A stretch of DNA of 64,000 nucleotides from an uncultured Lentisphaeria bacterium (GTDB lineage Bacteria > Verrucomicrobiota > Lentisphaeria > Victivallales > Victivallaceae). Below the pieces are notes generated by a model, which saw only the letters and a list, made by a program, of their open reading frames with translations, was not told where the DNA came from and searched no databases. Numbering within the stretch: the first letter of the stretch is position 1; every line of letters starts with the position of its first letter. Shown here piece by piece: positions 26,082-35,021 of the stretch. Where the stretch lies: assembly GCA_903831825.1 (NCBI GenBank), contig CAIKZE010000219.1, forward strand, positions 2,025 through 66,024, given 5' to 3'. Both the position numbers and the translations under genes were made by a program.

Positions 26082-29000
26082 ATGCGGAGCAAAGATTTTA
26101 ATTTCAATCATGAAGGCGTGGATGTATGTTCTTCCACTATCCGAATTCCATCATACGTGCTTGGCGCGGAAGACACGAATCCTCCTCTATTTGAAAAGGG
26201 TGTTAAAAAGATATATCCTTATAAATGGAAGAACTCCTTCACGGAAAAAATCGTCGATAAAGAATACGATGCCGTTATTATCAATTCCCCATGGATGGAA
26301 GTGACGCTTTTGTCCGATTGGGGCTTCCATCTGTATCGCGCGAAAGACAAAATGACCGGAAGGGACATGTTCTTCTGTCCCAAGGTGATGAAACCGGCGA
26401 ACAACGCAATCAGAGGGGCATATCAGGCGGGCGGGGTGGAATTTAATTTTCCCGTCGGGCATAATTCCATGACTTACGACCGGGTGGAATTGAATGTCGT
26501 TAAAAATAAAAATGGCATCAGCGTGCTCTTCTATAATGTTGACAGATCTTCGGGCATGAGCCTGGCCGCCGGGATAACCATCACAAAGGATTTTCGAGGT
26601 CTGATTTTCGATCAATATATGGTGAACCCGACTCCGCTTTCCAAGGCCTGGTATTACTGGCTTAACGCCGGAATCGCTCCGGACAAATCGCTGTCGTTCG
26701 TGTTTCCCTGTAAAAGCATGCTGGGACATTTCGAGGGGCCGTTTCTGGAAACGCGGAAGAGGTATGACTTTCCGTGTTTTGACGGCGTCGATTATGGCAG
26801 GAATTCTGAAGTGCCGGAGCCGATCGGGCTTTTCGGACTGGGAAATATGAGCGGCTGGTTCGGCGCATGGTATAACGACTGGGATTTCGGCGTCGGCCGC
26901 TGGGCCGCGCCGTGGAAAGTCGGGGGACAGAAATACTGGTCGTGGGGGAACAGCGAAGAAGGATTGCTTTGGGGCAAGATCGCGGCGGATAATGATCTTC
27001 CGATCCCGGAAATTCAAAGCGGACGGCCTGAAGTGCAAATGGACCGCGGCATCCTGCATCCGTTTTCATTCACATCCCACCGTGAATGGTGGGTGCCAAT
27101 CTCCGGCACCGGCGACTTGAAGTCGGTTTCAAGGCACGGCGGCCTGAACGTGACGGGAGACGGCCGCAACACTACCGTAAAAATATCACCCAGCATGAAC
27201 GAAAGTAAATGCGGAATCTCTGTAAACGGACAGGAATTGGAAGGCAAATTTGACTTGAAAATCGGACATGTCGTTGAAAGATGTCTGCCGTTTCCCTGTG
27301 ACAAAGTCAAAACACTGAAAATAAAATCATCCAAGGGGACAATTCTCGAGTGGAGTTCCGGCAATGCCGCGGAATCCGTCAACGTGAATACTCTCATTGA
27401 CCGGCACATCCCGTTAGAGGAAATGAATGCCGAATCCATTTGCGGCAAAGGCTGGCATGCCGACCGGATACAGCATCCCGAGACGGCCCGTTATTTTTAT
27501 CTCAAGGCGCTCGAAAAAGATACGCATTGTTCAAAAGCTAATTTTCTGCTCGGATTACAGAGCCTCAACTCGGAAGATATTGCCGCCGCGTTGAAATATT
27601 TCAAAAACGTTCTTGAAGTGGACCGTTTAAACGAGGAAGCGCTCTATTTTCATGGTCTTGCATCTCTGTGGAACAATGATCATGACCAGGCAATCGCGGA
27701 TTTCAGCCATCTGGCGGCGACCGGCCATGAATTCGTGACCCCCGCCATCATACATTTAATCAGAGACGCCTTCGTCAATAAAGAATTTGAAAAGCTGGAA
27801 ATGCTGCTGGAGGATGGAACCAACTCCGACCCCGGCAACCCGTTGTTGCTGTTCTTCTCTTCCGTGTATCACCGCATAAAGGGCGACACCGCTTCCGTGG
27901 CGTCGATATGTGATAAGCTTGATGTCAAAATTGGCGTGAATCTGTTCGCCAGATGGGAACGACATTTTGCGGGAATAAAAGATCCCATCGTCACGATAGC
28001 GCCTGAAAATTACACCAGTGACAGCATGTTGATTGCGGCGGCGCTGAATTATTACCAGATAGGACGGGTGGAAGAAAGTCTTCAACTGCTGGGAATGTGC
28101 GAATCTGACGAAGGACGGACGGAAGCGGATTATCTCTCCAGGTTCCTCCTCGGCAACAAGCAAAAGGACCGGAAAAGCCCGGCGCTCTTTTTCGCGCACG
28201 GACGCGAGATGATGAAAGCCCTGACCCTTTCCCTGAAAGAAAATCCCGGTGACCTTGCCGCGAATTTCGGATTGGGCTGCCTTCTGGCAAATTTAGGCAG
28301 GACGCCGGTGGCGATAAGCAATTTACTGGCCGCCGCGGAAATGACCAAGGGTAACTCCGTCGTCAACTGCGCGCTGGGCCGCGTATATATGAAAGAGCAG
28401 AAATATGAATTGGCGGTGAAGGCGCTGGAAACCGCGATATCCTCTGAAGAATTGAATCCGCTGCCGTGGGTTGAACTGGATAAGGCGTTGGGGGTTCTCA
28501 AGAGGAGAGATAAAAGCTGGCTTAAGAGGTTTTCGTCCGCGCCGAAGGCAATATTGGAAAATGATGATGCCCGTAAAAGCCTGGCGTCGCTGTGCTGCGA
28601 CCATGGGCAATATGATACGGCCGCCGGATTGCTTGATGAACATGTTTTCTATCCGTATGAACTGAGTCATGAACTTAGGAACCTGCGGTCAAGAATATTC
28701 CGGGAAAAGGCCATCGAGCTTTCACGCCGGGGGCAACACGCCGAGGCGTTGAAGGCCATAAAAACAGCGCTCGAATACCCTCACAACCTGCAACTGGGCA
28801 AACCCTTCAGGACGTATGATGCGGGAACCCTGTTTGCCGCCGGGCTTATTTGCGAAAAGACGGGCGACCGGTCCGCGGCGAATGAGTTCTTTAAGAAAGC
28901 GGCGGCTGAATATCAGCCGGATCCTACCGGCGCCAAACCGTGGTCCGCATTGGCGGAACTGAAATTGGGCAACGAAAAAGAAGCCATTAAAAAATTGAAT

Positions 29001-29150
29001 GGCATCATAAAAGACGCCAAAGGACATCTGGACGCATGTGTTCCAATCGAGCTCAACAATGATTTGGAGGAAATCATCCAGCTTTGCTCAAAATTCAAAA
29101 GGGGCTGGATGCCGGAACTGGAAGACATCAAAGGATGCAGAGTACAATAA
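26082..29150 (+). CDS. DUF5107-like N-terminal domain fused to a long TPR-repeat region
   Basis: 1022-aa ORF. The beta-rich N-terminal ~450 aa resembles my recollection of DUF5107. The C-terminal ~570 aa shows TPR-like helical repeats (YFYLKALEKD, ALKYFKNVLEVD, ALGRVYMKEQKYELAVKALETAI). Confidence 0.5.
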   Translation: MRSKDFNFNHEGVDVCSSTIRIPSYVLGAEDTNPPLFEKGVKKIYPYKWKNSFTEKIVDKEYDAVIINSPWMEVTLLSDWGFHLYRAKDKMTGRDMFFCPKVMKPANNAIRGAYQAGGVEFNFPVGHNSMTYDRVELNVVKNKNGISVLFYNVDRSSGMSLAAGITITKDFRGLIFDQYMVNPTPLSKAWYYWLNAGIAPDKSLSFVFPCKSMLGHFEGPFLETRKRYDFPCFDGVDYGRNSEVPEPIGLFGLGNMSGWFGAWYNDWDFGVGRWAAPWKVGGQKYWSWGNSEEGLLWGKIAADNDLPIPEIQSGRPEVQMDRGILHPFSFTSHREWWVPISGTGDLKSVSRHGGLNVTGDGRNTTVKISPSMNESKCGISVNGQELEGKFDLKIGHVVERCLPFPCDKVKTLKIKSSKGTILEWSSGNAAESVNVNTLIDRHIPLEEMNAESICGKGWHADRIQHPETARYFYLKALEKDTHCSKANFLLGLQSLNSEDIAAALKYFKNVLEVDRLNEEALYFHGLASLWNNDHDQAIADFSHLAATGHEFVTPAIIHLIRDAFVNKEFEKLEMLLEDGTNSDPGNPLLLFFSSVYHRIKGDTASVASICDKLDVKIGVNLFARWERHFAGIKDPIVTIAPENYTSDSMLIAAALNYYQIGRVEESLQLLGMCESDEGRTEADYLSRFLLGNKQKDRKSPALFFAHGREMMKALTLSLKENPGDLAANFGLGCLLANLGRTPVAISNLLAAAEMTKGNSVVNCALGRVYMKEQKYELAVKALETAISSEELNPLPWVELDKALGVLKRRDKSWLKRFSSAPKAILENDDARKSLASLCCDHGQYDTAAGLLDEHVFYPYELSHELRNLRSRIFREKAIELSRRGQHAEALKAIKTALEYPHNLQLGKPFRTYDAGTLFAAGLICEKTGDRSAANEFFKKAAAEYQPDPTGAKPWSALAELKLGNEKEAIKKLNGIIKDAKGHLDACVPIELNNDLEEIIQLCSKFKRGWMPELEDIKGCRVQ

Positions 29151-29198
29151 ACAAGTTGTTAATTATCAAGTAATGCAAAAACAGGAGAACTTTATCAT

Positions 29199-30413
29199 AT
29201 GAACGAAACAAATAAAAGGAAATTCCCTTCCTGGCCTCAGTTCGGCGAAGAGGAAAAAGCGGCCTTGATGGATGTTTATGACCAGAACCGGCTGGCCTTT
29301 TCAAATGCCAAAGACTGGCAGACCAAAGGAACGGCAAGAATCAGCCTGGAAGAGGAATTTGCGCGCTTCCACGACTGCAAATTCGGCATCGCCGTCACCA
29401 GCGGCACCGCCGCTCTGATGGTCGCACTGCGGGCGGTGGGCGTCGAAAAAGGTGACGAAGTGATAGTTCAGTCATACATGTGCATCGCTGACACGGAGGC
29501 CATCATACAGGCGGGGGCCGTGCCGGTATTTTGCGATATCGACCCGGCGAACTGCGGCCTGAACCTGGAATCCGTCGAAGCCTGCATCACCGCGAAGACC
29601 AAAGCGATTATCGCCATTCATTTCGGCGGTTATATGATTGACATGGACAGGTTAAGCGCGATTGCGGAAAAACATAACGTGAAAATTGTCGAGGATGCCT
29701 CGCTGGCGACCGGTTCAGTTTGGAACGGCAGGAAGGTCGGCAGTTCTTCTCTGATTACAATATTCAGTTTCGGCACCGACAAGCTGTTGACCGTGGGCGA
29801 GGGCGGAATCGTCATTACAAATGACGCCGCGCTGGCCGATAAATGCCAGTCCTTGAGGAACTCCGGAAACTATGCGCGGATCGACGATTCCCTGGCCGAA
29901 AACCGGGCGCTGGCCGAGTTCACCGACATTGAGCAGATCGGCTGGAATTTCAGGATGCCGGAAGCGCCCGCGGCGCTTGGTCTCGTCGGCTTGCATAAAC
30001 TTCCATTGCAGATACAAAAAAGACACGAGAACGGACGTTATCTTGATCAAAAACTTTCAGCAATTGAAGGTCTTCAGCCTCTGGTTTGTTCCGAATCCCA
30101 GACTTTGCAGTCGCAGGGCTTGTATATCTTCAAAATCAATGAGAAATTGTTCGGCTGCGACAAGGAAAGTTTCATCAAGCGGATGAATGCCGAAGGCATC
30201 CCCGCGCTCTACGGTTATCACAACCCCATCTACAAGTATTCCGTCTTCCGGAAAGAGAATGCTTACAAACATATTTTCCATAAATATGCGGAAGCGGCTT
30301 GCAGTCAATGCGTATGGTTCAGCCATAGCATTCTCCTGGGCAGCAAAGACGACATGGATGCGATTGCCGCCGCGGCGCGCAAAATCAAATGTGAGATCGG
30401 AGGTTGCAAATGA
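29199..30413 (+). CDS. DegT/DnrJ/EryC1/StrS-family aminotransferase
   Basis: 404-aa ORF with SGTAALMVAL, VEDASLATG and FSFGTDKLLTVGEGG (PLP lysine region). Confidence 0.8.
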   Translation: MNETNKRKFPSWPQFGEEEKAALMDVYDQNRLAFSNAKDWQTKGTARISLEEEFARFHDCKFGIAVTSGTAALMVALRAVGVEKGDEVIVQSYMCIADTEAIIQAGAVPVFCDIDPANCGLNLESVEACITAKTKAIIAIHFGGYMIDMDRLSAIAEKHNVKIVEDASLATGSVWNGRKVGSSSLITIFSFGTDKLLTVGEGGIVITNDAALADKCQSLRNSGNYARIDDSLAENRALAEFTDIEQIGWNFRMPEAPAALGLVGLHKLPLQIQKRHENGRYLDQKLSAIEGLQPLVCSESQTLQSQGLYIFKINEKLFGCDKESFIKRMNAEGIPALYGYHNPIYKYSVFRKENAYKHIFHKYAEAACSQCVWFSHSILLGSKDDMDAIAAAARKIKCEIGGCK

Positions 30414-31369
30414 GCCAGTATGTAATCATGCCCACGATGGACTGCGATCCGGGAGACTCTTTTCCCAATTCGCGTTTCTCCAAGTTCACTCCGCCGGGCT
30501 GGCGGGCGGACAGGGAAAACTGCTACGGGCAGTACAAGGCGGCAGTGGAGAGAATAATGGCCATACTGAACGATGTCGGCATCGGCTCGAAAATGACCTG
30601 GTTCTTGAACGAACGGGATGTCGGCTGGTCGAAAAACTTGAGGAGTCTGATTCTCGAATTACAGGCCGCCGGCCATGAAATAGGCATCCACACGCATGTG
30701 GGAGGCACCTTCAACGAAAGCCGTCTCGCCGACCCTGGAATGCGCCAGTCGGCCTGGGACATCATGTGCAAAGCGAAAGCTGTCATTGAAGGCATTATTG
30801 GCCGCGAGTGCATAAGCCATCGTTTCGGCTGTTACCATCAGGAAGTGTTTTTTTACGACATTCTCAAACAATTAGGGTATAAAATAGTTTCCGATGTCAA
30901 TCCGGGCGTATATCTGAGAGATATGGAAGGCTATATCCTGGACAACGAAAACGTCCCTCTGAATGCGGCGCCGTGGTGGCATGATACCGGCAACTGGAGT
31001 GATTACAACTCGAAAAACGGATGCTTTCTGCATATCCCCGTCACGGCCTCCGCGCTGGGCGAAGATGCCTTGCTGAACACGCTGCAATCCACGGAAATAA
31101 ACGGAAGAAAGCTGAAGAACATAACCCCGATAAACGGCATTGCGGAAAAGGCGGCAGCTCATAACATAAAATATATCTGCTGGCATATCCACCCGCACGA
31201 AATCCAGAAAATGGACGGCGGCATTGATGAAGCAAAAGCTCAAGATTTAAGAGAATGTCTTAGCGGCATTGACCGTAAGTTGAAACCGGCCTATATGACA
31301 TTCTCGGAATTCTATAATGGCTACCGAAACATAAACAACACATCGGGCGGAACGGATTTCAAACACTAA
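30410..31369 (+). CDS. Hypothetical protein, possibly polysaccharide-deacetylase-like beta/alpha barrel
   Basis: 319 aa from the ATG at 30410. GGAGG lies 7 nt upstream and there is an ATGA overlap with the aminotransferase stop. Histidine-rich segments (HEIGIHTHVGG, WHIHPHE). The fold call is weak. Confidence 0.7.
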   Translation: MSQYVIMPTMDCDPGDSFPNSRFSKFTPPGWRADRENCYGQYKAAVERIMAILNDVGIGSKMTWFLNERDVGWSKNLRSLILELQAAGHEIGIHTHVGGTFNESRLADPGMRQSAWDIMCKAKAVIEGIIGRECISHRFGCYHQEVFFYDILKQLGYKIVSDVNPGVYLRDMEGYILDNENVPLNAAPWWHDTGNWSDYNSKNGCFLHIPVTASALGEDALLNTLQSTEINGRKLKNITPINGIAEKAAAHNIKYICWHIHPHEIQKMDGGIDEAKAQDLRECLSGIDRKLKPAYMTFSEFYNGYRNINNTSGGTDFKH

Positions 31370-31393
31370 ATTTTTAAAAGGAGGATGGACAAC

Positions 31394-32122
31394 ATGAAAG
31401 GGAACTCAACAGTTTTTAATCGAAAACTAAACTTTCACGTTTCGTTTTCGGAGAAGAAAAAGGCAAATTTTACGCTCATCGAACTCCTCGTGGTGATCGC
31501 CATCATCGCGATTTTGGCCTCAATGCTGCTGCCGGCGCTGACCAGCGCCAGGGAAACGGCCAGACAGGCACAATGCATGGGCAACCTTCGTCAAATCGGC
31601 CAGGCCGTAGCCTCCTACTCGCTTGACTATCAGGATTTTTTTCCGTATGCCGTTAACGGCGGCGCGCCGCACACCTTATATTACAATCTGCAACCTTATA
31701 CCGGAATAGTTCCCGCTTACCCTGCAACAGCGGCTCAAGGCAAAATTTACTGGTGTCCGAAAGACACCTACAGGGTGATTTGGAAAGATTGTCAATACAG
31801 CTATACGCAGAACGGTTATATGAATTGCCTTGGCGCATGGGCAACCTATATGCACATGACCCGGATGACGCGGATCAAGAACCCGTCCACCATGGTCTTC
31901 ATGACGGACGGAATGCGGACATCTGCCGGAGTGGAAGGTGGACAATTCTGCTTCTACACCTCAACATACCCTTTTACCGCAGGCTCCAGTTCCACAGACC
32001 TGGCGATTGATTTCAGGCATCCGAATTTAAACGTTCCGTGTTTGTTCGCCGAAGGTCATGTGAACACTAAAAATATTAAGGATATGTACGGAAATACAAA
32101 TTGTGTTTACTACGCGCCATAG
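31394..32122 (+). CDS. Pilin-like protein with prepilin-type N-terminal domain and C-terminal (D/E)GHV box
   Basis: [28 protein letters not shown], with FAEGHV near the C-terminus. I prefer the ATG at 31394 because GGAGG directly abuts the ATG at 31385. Confidence 0.85.
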   Translation: MKGNSTVFNRKLNFHVSFSEKKKANFTLIELLVVIAIIAILASMLLPALTSARETARQAQCMGNLRQIGQAVASYSLDYQDFFPYAVNGGAPHTLYYNLQPYTGIVPAYPATAAQGKIYWCPKDTYRVIWKDCQYSYTQNGYMNCLGAWATYMHMTRMTRIKNPSTMVFMTDGMRTSAGVEGGQFCFYTSTYPFTAGSSSTDLAIDFRHPNLNVPCLFAEGHVNTKNIKDMYGNTNCVYYAP

Positions 32123-32222
32123 ACATTCGTTTTCCGGTGTGAAGTATCGCATATTGCAAATTCTGTAATTTTAGAGTTATTGATTTAAAGACTTGTACAC
32201 AAAATAAGAAGGATAAATTCGG

Positions 32223-35006
32223 ATGAAGGGAAATTTTTTCTTACTGGCTGCCGGCTGCATATTTTTGAGCAGTTTGGCTTCATCGGGACAAGATGCATCG
32301 AACGGAAAAGCGTTTAAGAAACCGCTTCCGGTCAACGTCCTTCCGGCTGGACTCACGGAAATGGGGTTCAAGGAAGTCAATCCGGAACCGCAGCCCGCGG
32401 GGACCGAAACAGAGATGGGCTTCATTCCTTTCAGCCGGCCGGCAACCATTCCCGTATATCCCAATACTCGGCCTCTCGCCGACGAGCGGGTCAAATCTCT
32501 GGAGGCCTTTGGTACCCTTGGCGAAATAGTGTCGATGAACTTTGTCATTTATCCCTTAAAAGCTTTGAACAATCTGCGGGTGGTTGCGACAGAACTTAAA
32601 TCCGATGGAAACGTGATTCCCTCTGAAAACGTGGACGTCAGGCTGGTGACCTACCGCAATGTCGTCTATCCTTCGTATTATTCGGACAAGACCTACAGGA
32701 CGGTCCCGGAACTGCTGGAAAAAGTGGATGTCGCATCCGCGCCGGAAAAAGAATGCCGGAGATATTGGCTGAAGGTCAAAATTCCCGATAACGCCGCCGC
32801 CGGGCTTTACACCGGATCGGTAACGGTTTCCAGCGACAGTTCCGGCAAGACATTCGTTTTGCCGCTTACCCTGAGGGTGCTGCCCTTCAAGCTGCTGAAG
32901 GACCCGGAGAAACATTTCACTGCCTACAACTATGATGTTGAATTGTATTCCAATGTTCTCTGGAAGGGAAAAAGTCCGGAGTGGATTTCAAAAGCGGAAC
33001 GGAATGACTACAAAACAATGCGCGAATATGGATTTGATGTGTTTCCGACGATATATATATTCTACGATACCAAAACGAAAAAGCTTGCCTTTGTCCGTAG
33101 CGGCGACGGCGGGAAGGCGATAAATGAAATGTTGTCAGCCGGGCTGAAAGGCCCCGTTCCGGTGGTTTTTGCCGGAACTCCGGAACTCTACCTGGAATTA
33201 ACCGGCAAGCGGATGAGCAGCCATCATTATATAATGCCGGAACCCCCGCCCGAGGAATTTTATAAAATCGTCACCAGGCTGGTTAAGGATTTTGAAATTG
33301 AACGCAAGGCGAAAGGCTGGCCGGAATTCATTTACAACCCGCTGGACGAAGTGGCCGCCGAGTCGAAGGCTTTCGGTGTGAAAACTTACAAAGCGTTCAA
33401 AGATGCGGGCGTGAAAACCTACGCGACTAAGAGCCCGGCCGTTTCTGACGCTTCGGACTACGCGGATGTCGTGGATTTCTGGTGCGATCCGTACTATTCC
33501 ATTCCGTATGAAAAGGTGGTTTCGGACAAGAAACACGGCTATTGGAGCTACCCCAATTACGTCCAATGCGCGCCAATACACGACCCGCTTATATTCTGCG
33601 CCGGAGGCCGGATGGTTTACGGCTACGGCCTGTGGCGCTCCGGTTACGCCATGCTGATCCCCTGGATTTGGCGATGGGGAAGTCTGGACACCTATCTAAT
33701 CCCCGCCACCAAAGGCTCCCCCGCCTGCGGCAATCAATTGGATGGCAATGGCGAAGTGATTCCGGCGGTGTATTGGGATTGCATCAGGGAAGGCGTCAAT
33801 GACTACAGTTACATCTACACGCTGGAGACGGCGGTAGCGCAGCGGGAAGATTCCGGCGACCCTGAATGCCGGAAACTGGCAGCCCGGGGCAAGGCCCTCC
33901 TCCAGGAGATATGGAACGCGGTGAAACCGCAGACAACTTACGAGAACGCCCCCTGGAATCACGAAGATTTCGACGGCTACAGATGGCGCATGGCGCAGAT
34001 TACCGGACAACTCCTGAAATTTCCGTCGGCCAACAATGCCCCGGTTCCTTCGGTGATAATTGATTCCAAATCCAAGGCCGCGGCGGATGATATGCAGGGA
34101 TTCTTCCGGAAGCAGAAGGATGAAGGAAACATTCAGGTCATGAATTTAGGGAAGGACGATTTCAAATCCTGGAAAAGCGTCACCACGGAAGGCAAGGTAA
34201 AAATCCCCGAAAATGTAAACCATTCAGGCAATAAATGCCTGCTTTATGATGTGACAGTTGACTACAAAAAAGACGGCGGCGGAGAAACCGGCGTTTACCT
34301 GATCGGCTGGCCGCGGATAAGTATGGACTTCGGCGACAAAGGTTTGAACATGAGCGAATACGACTATGTATCTTTATGGGTGATGGTCGAATCGGAAAGA
34401 CCCGAAACGAAAAACGAGTGGACGCCGTTTTACATTAACCTCCTTTCGTGCGACAAAAACAAATACAAATTATACGATAAAGTCATTATCGACCTTGTTC
34501 CCGAACGGGTGTGGATTCCTGTTCTTCTTTCGATAAAAGATATGGTGAAAGAATCGGGCAATCAGGAAGCTCCATGGAAATGCGTGAAAGCCCTGCAGTT
34601 CGGCATCAGCGAATCAAAATATCCTGACGGCACCAACATCCGGTTCTATCTCGAAGGCATTAATCTCATAAAACTTAAGAATCCGGCGATAGCCTCGGTT
34701 GACATTCCCTCCGCCATCCTGTTGAAGCGCGACGAAACCGCGTTCAATGTCGGCATAATGGGATACAAGGAGCATTGTTCCCTTTCCGCCGCGCTGCTGG
34801 GAAGCAAAGGCGAGACCGTTTCCACGGCCTCCGCGTCTAATATCGAGAAGGATGCTAAAATGACGATAGATACGTCCAAGTTGACTGCGGGAATCTATAC
34901 GCTCCATCTGGAAATAAAGGATTCCTCCGGGAAAACATGTTCAAAATATGACAAAGTAGTGAAAGCCATTGACGGGCCGGCAAGCGGCGGCGTTAATGCA
35001 AAATAA
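32223..35006 (+). CDS. Large secreted protein, putative glycoside-hydrolase-like (family not recognised; possibly DUF4091/GH123-like)
   Basis: 927-aa ORF with a signal peptide (FFLLAAGCIFLSSLASSGQ) and an aromatic-rich central region. The functional call is weak. Confidence 0.75.
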   Translation: MKGNFFLLAAGCIFLSSLASSGQDASNGKAFKKPLPVNVLPAGLTEMGFKEVNPEPQPAGTETEMGFIPFSRPATIPVYPNTRPLADERVKSLEAFGTLGEIVSMNFVIYPLKALNNLRVVATELKSDGNVIPSENVDVRLVTYRNVVYPSYYSDKTYRTVPELLEKVDVASAPEKECRRYWLKVKIPDNAAAGLYTGSVTVSSDSSGKTFVLPLTLRVLPFKLLKDPEKHFTAYNYDVELYSNVLWKGKSPEWISKAERNDYKTMREYGFDVFPTIYIFYDTKTKKLAFVRSGDGGKAINEMLSAGLKGPVPVVFAGTPELYLELTGKRMSSHHYIMPEPPPEEFYKIVTRLVKDFEIERKAKGWPEFIYNPLDEVAAESKAFGVKTYKAFKDAGVKTYATKSPAVSDASDYADVVDFWCDPYYSIPYEKVVSDKKHGYWSYPNYVQCAPIHDPLIFCAGGRMVYGYGLWRSGYAMLIPWIWRWGSLDTYLIPATKGSPACGNQLDGNGEVIPAVYWDCIREGVNDYSYIYTLETAVAQREDSGDPECRKLAARGKALLQEIWNAVKPQTTYENAPWNHEDFDGYRWRMAQITGQLLKFPSANNAPVPSVIIDSKSKAAADDMQGFFRKQKDEGNIQVMNLGKDDFKSWKSVTTEGKVKIPENVNHSGNKCLLYDVTVDYKKDGGGETGVYLIGWPRISMDFGDKGLNMSEYDYVSLWVMVESERPETKNEWTPFYINLLSCDKNKYKLYDKVIIDLVPERVWIPVLLSIKDMVKESGNQEAPWKCVKALQFGISESKYPDGTNIRFYLEGINLIKLKNPAIASVDIPSAILLKRDETAFNVGIMGYKEHCSLSAALLGSKGETVSTASASNIEKDAKMTIDTSKLTAGIYTLHLEIKDSSGKTCSKYDKVVKAIDGPASGGVNAK

Positions 35007-35021
35007 CCAAGGAAAATAACG

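Noticed and set aside
26187-27059. 290-aa minus-strand ORF antisense to the DUF5107/TPR gene. Similar long antisense ORFs lie at 23345-23995, 24886-25548, 36192-36962, 12057-12623, 15562-16197 and 56173-56685.
   Set aside because: Each lies wholly within a longer, homology-supported or operon-consistent gene on the other strand. Each has an Arg/Pro/Gly-skewed, low-complexity composition typical of antisense frames.
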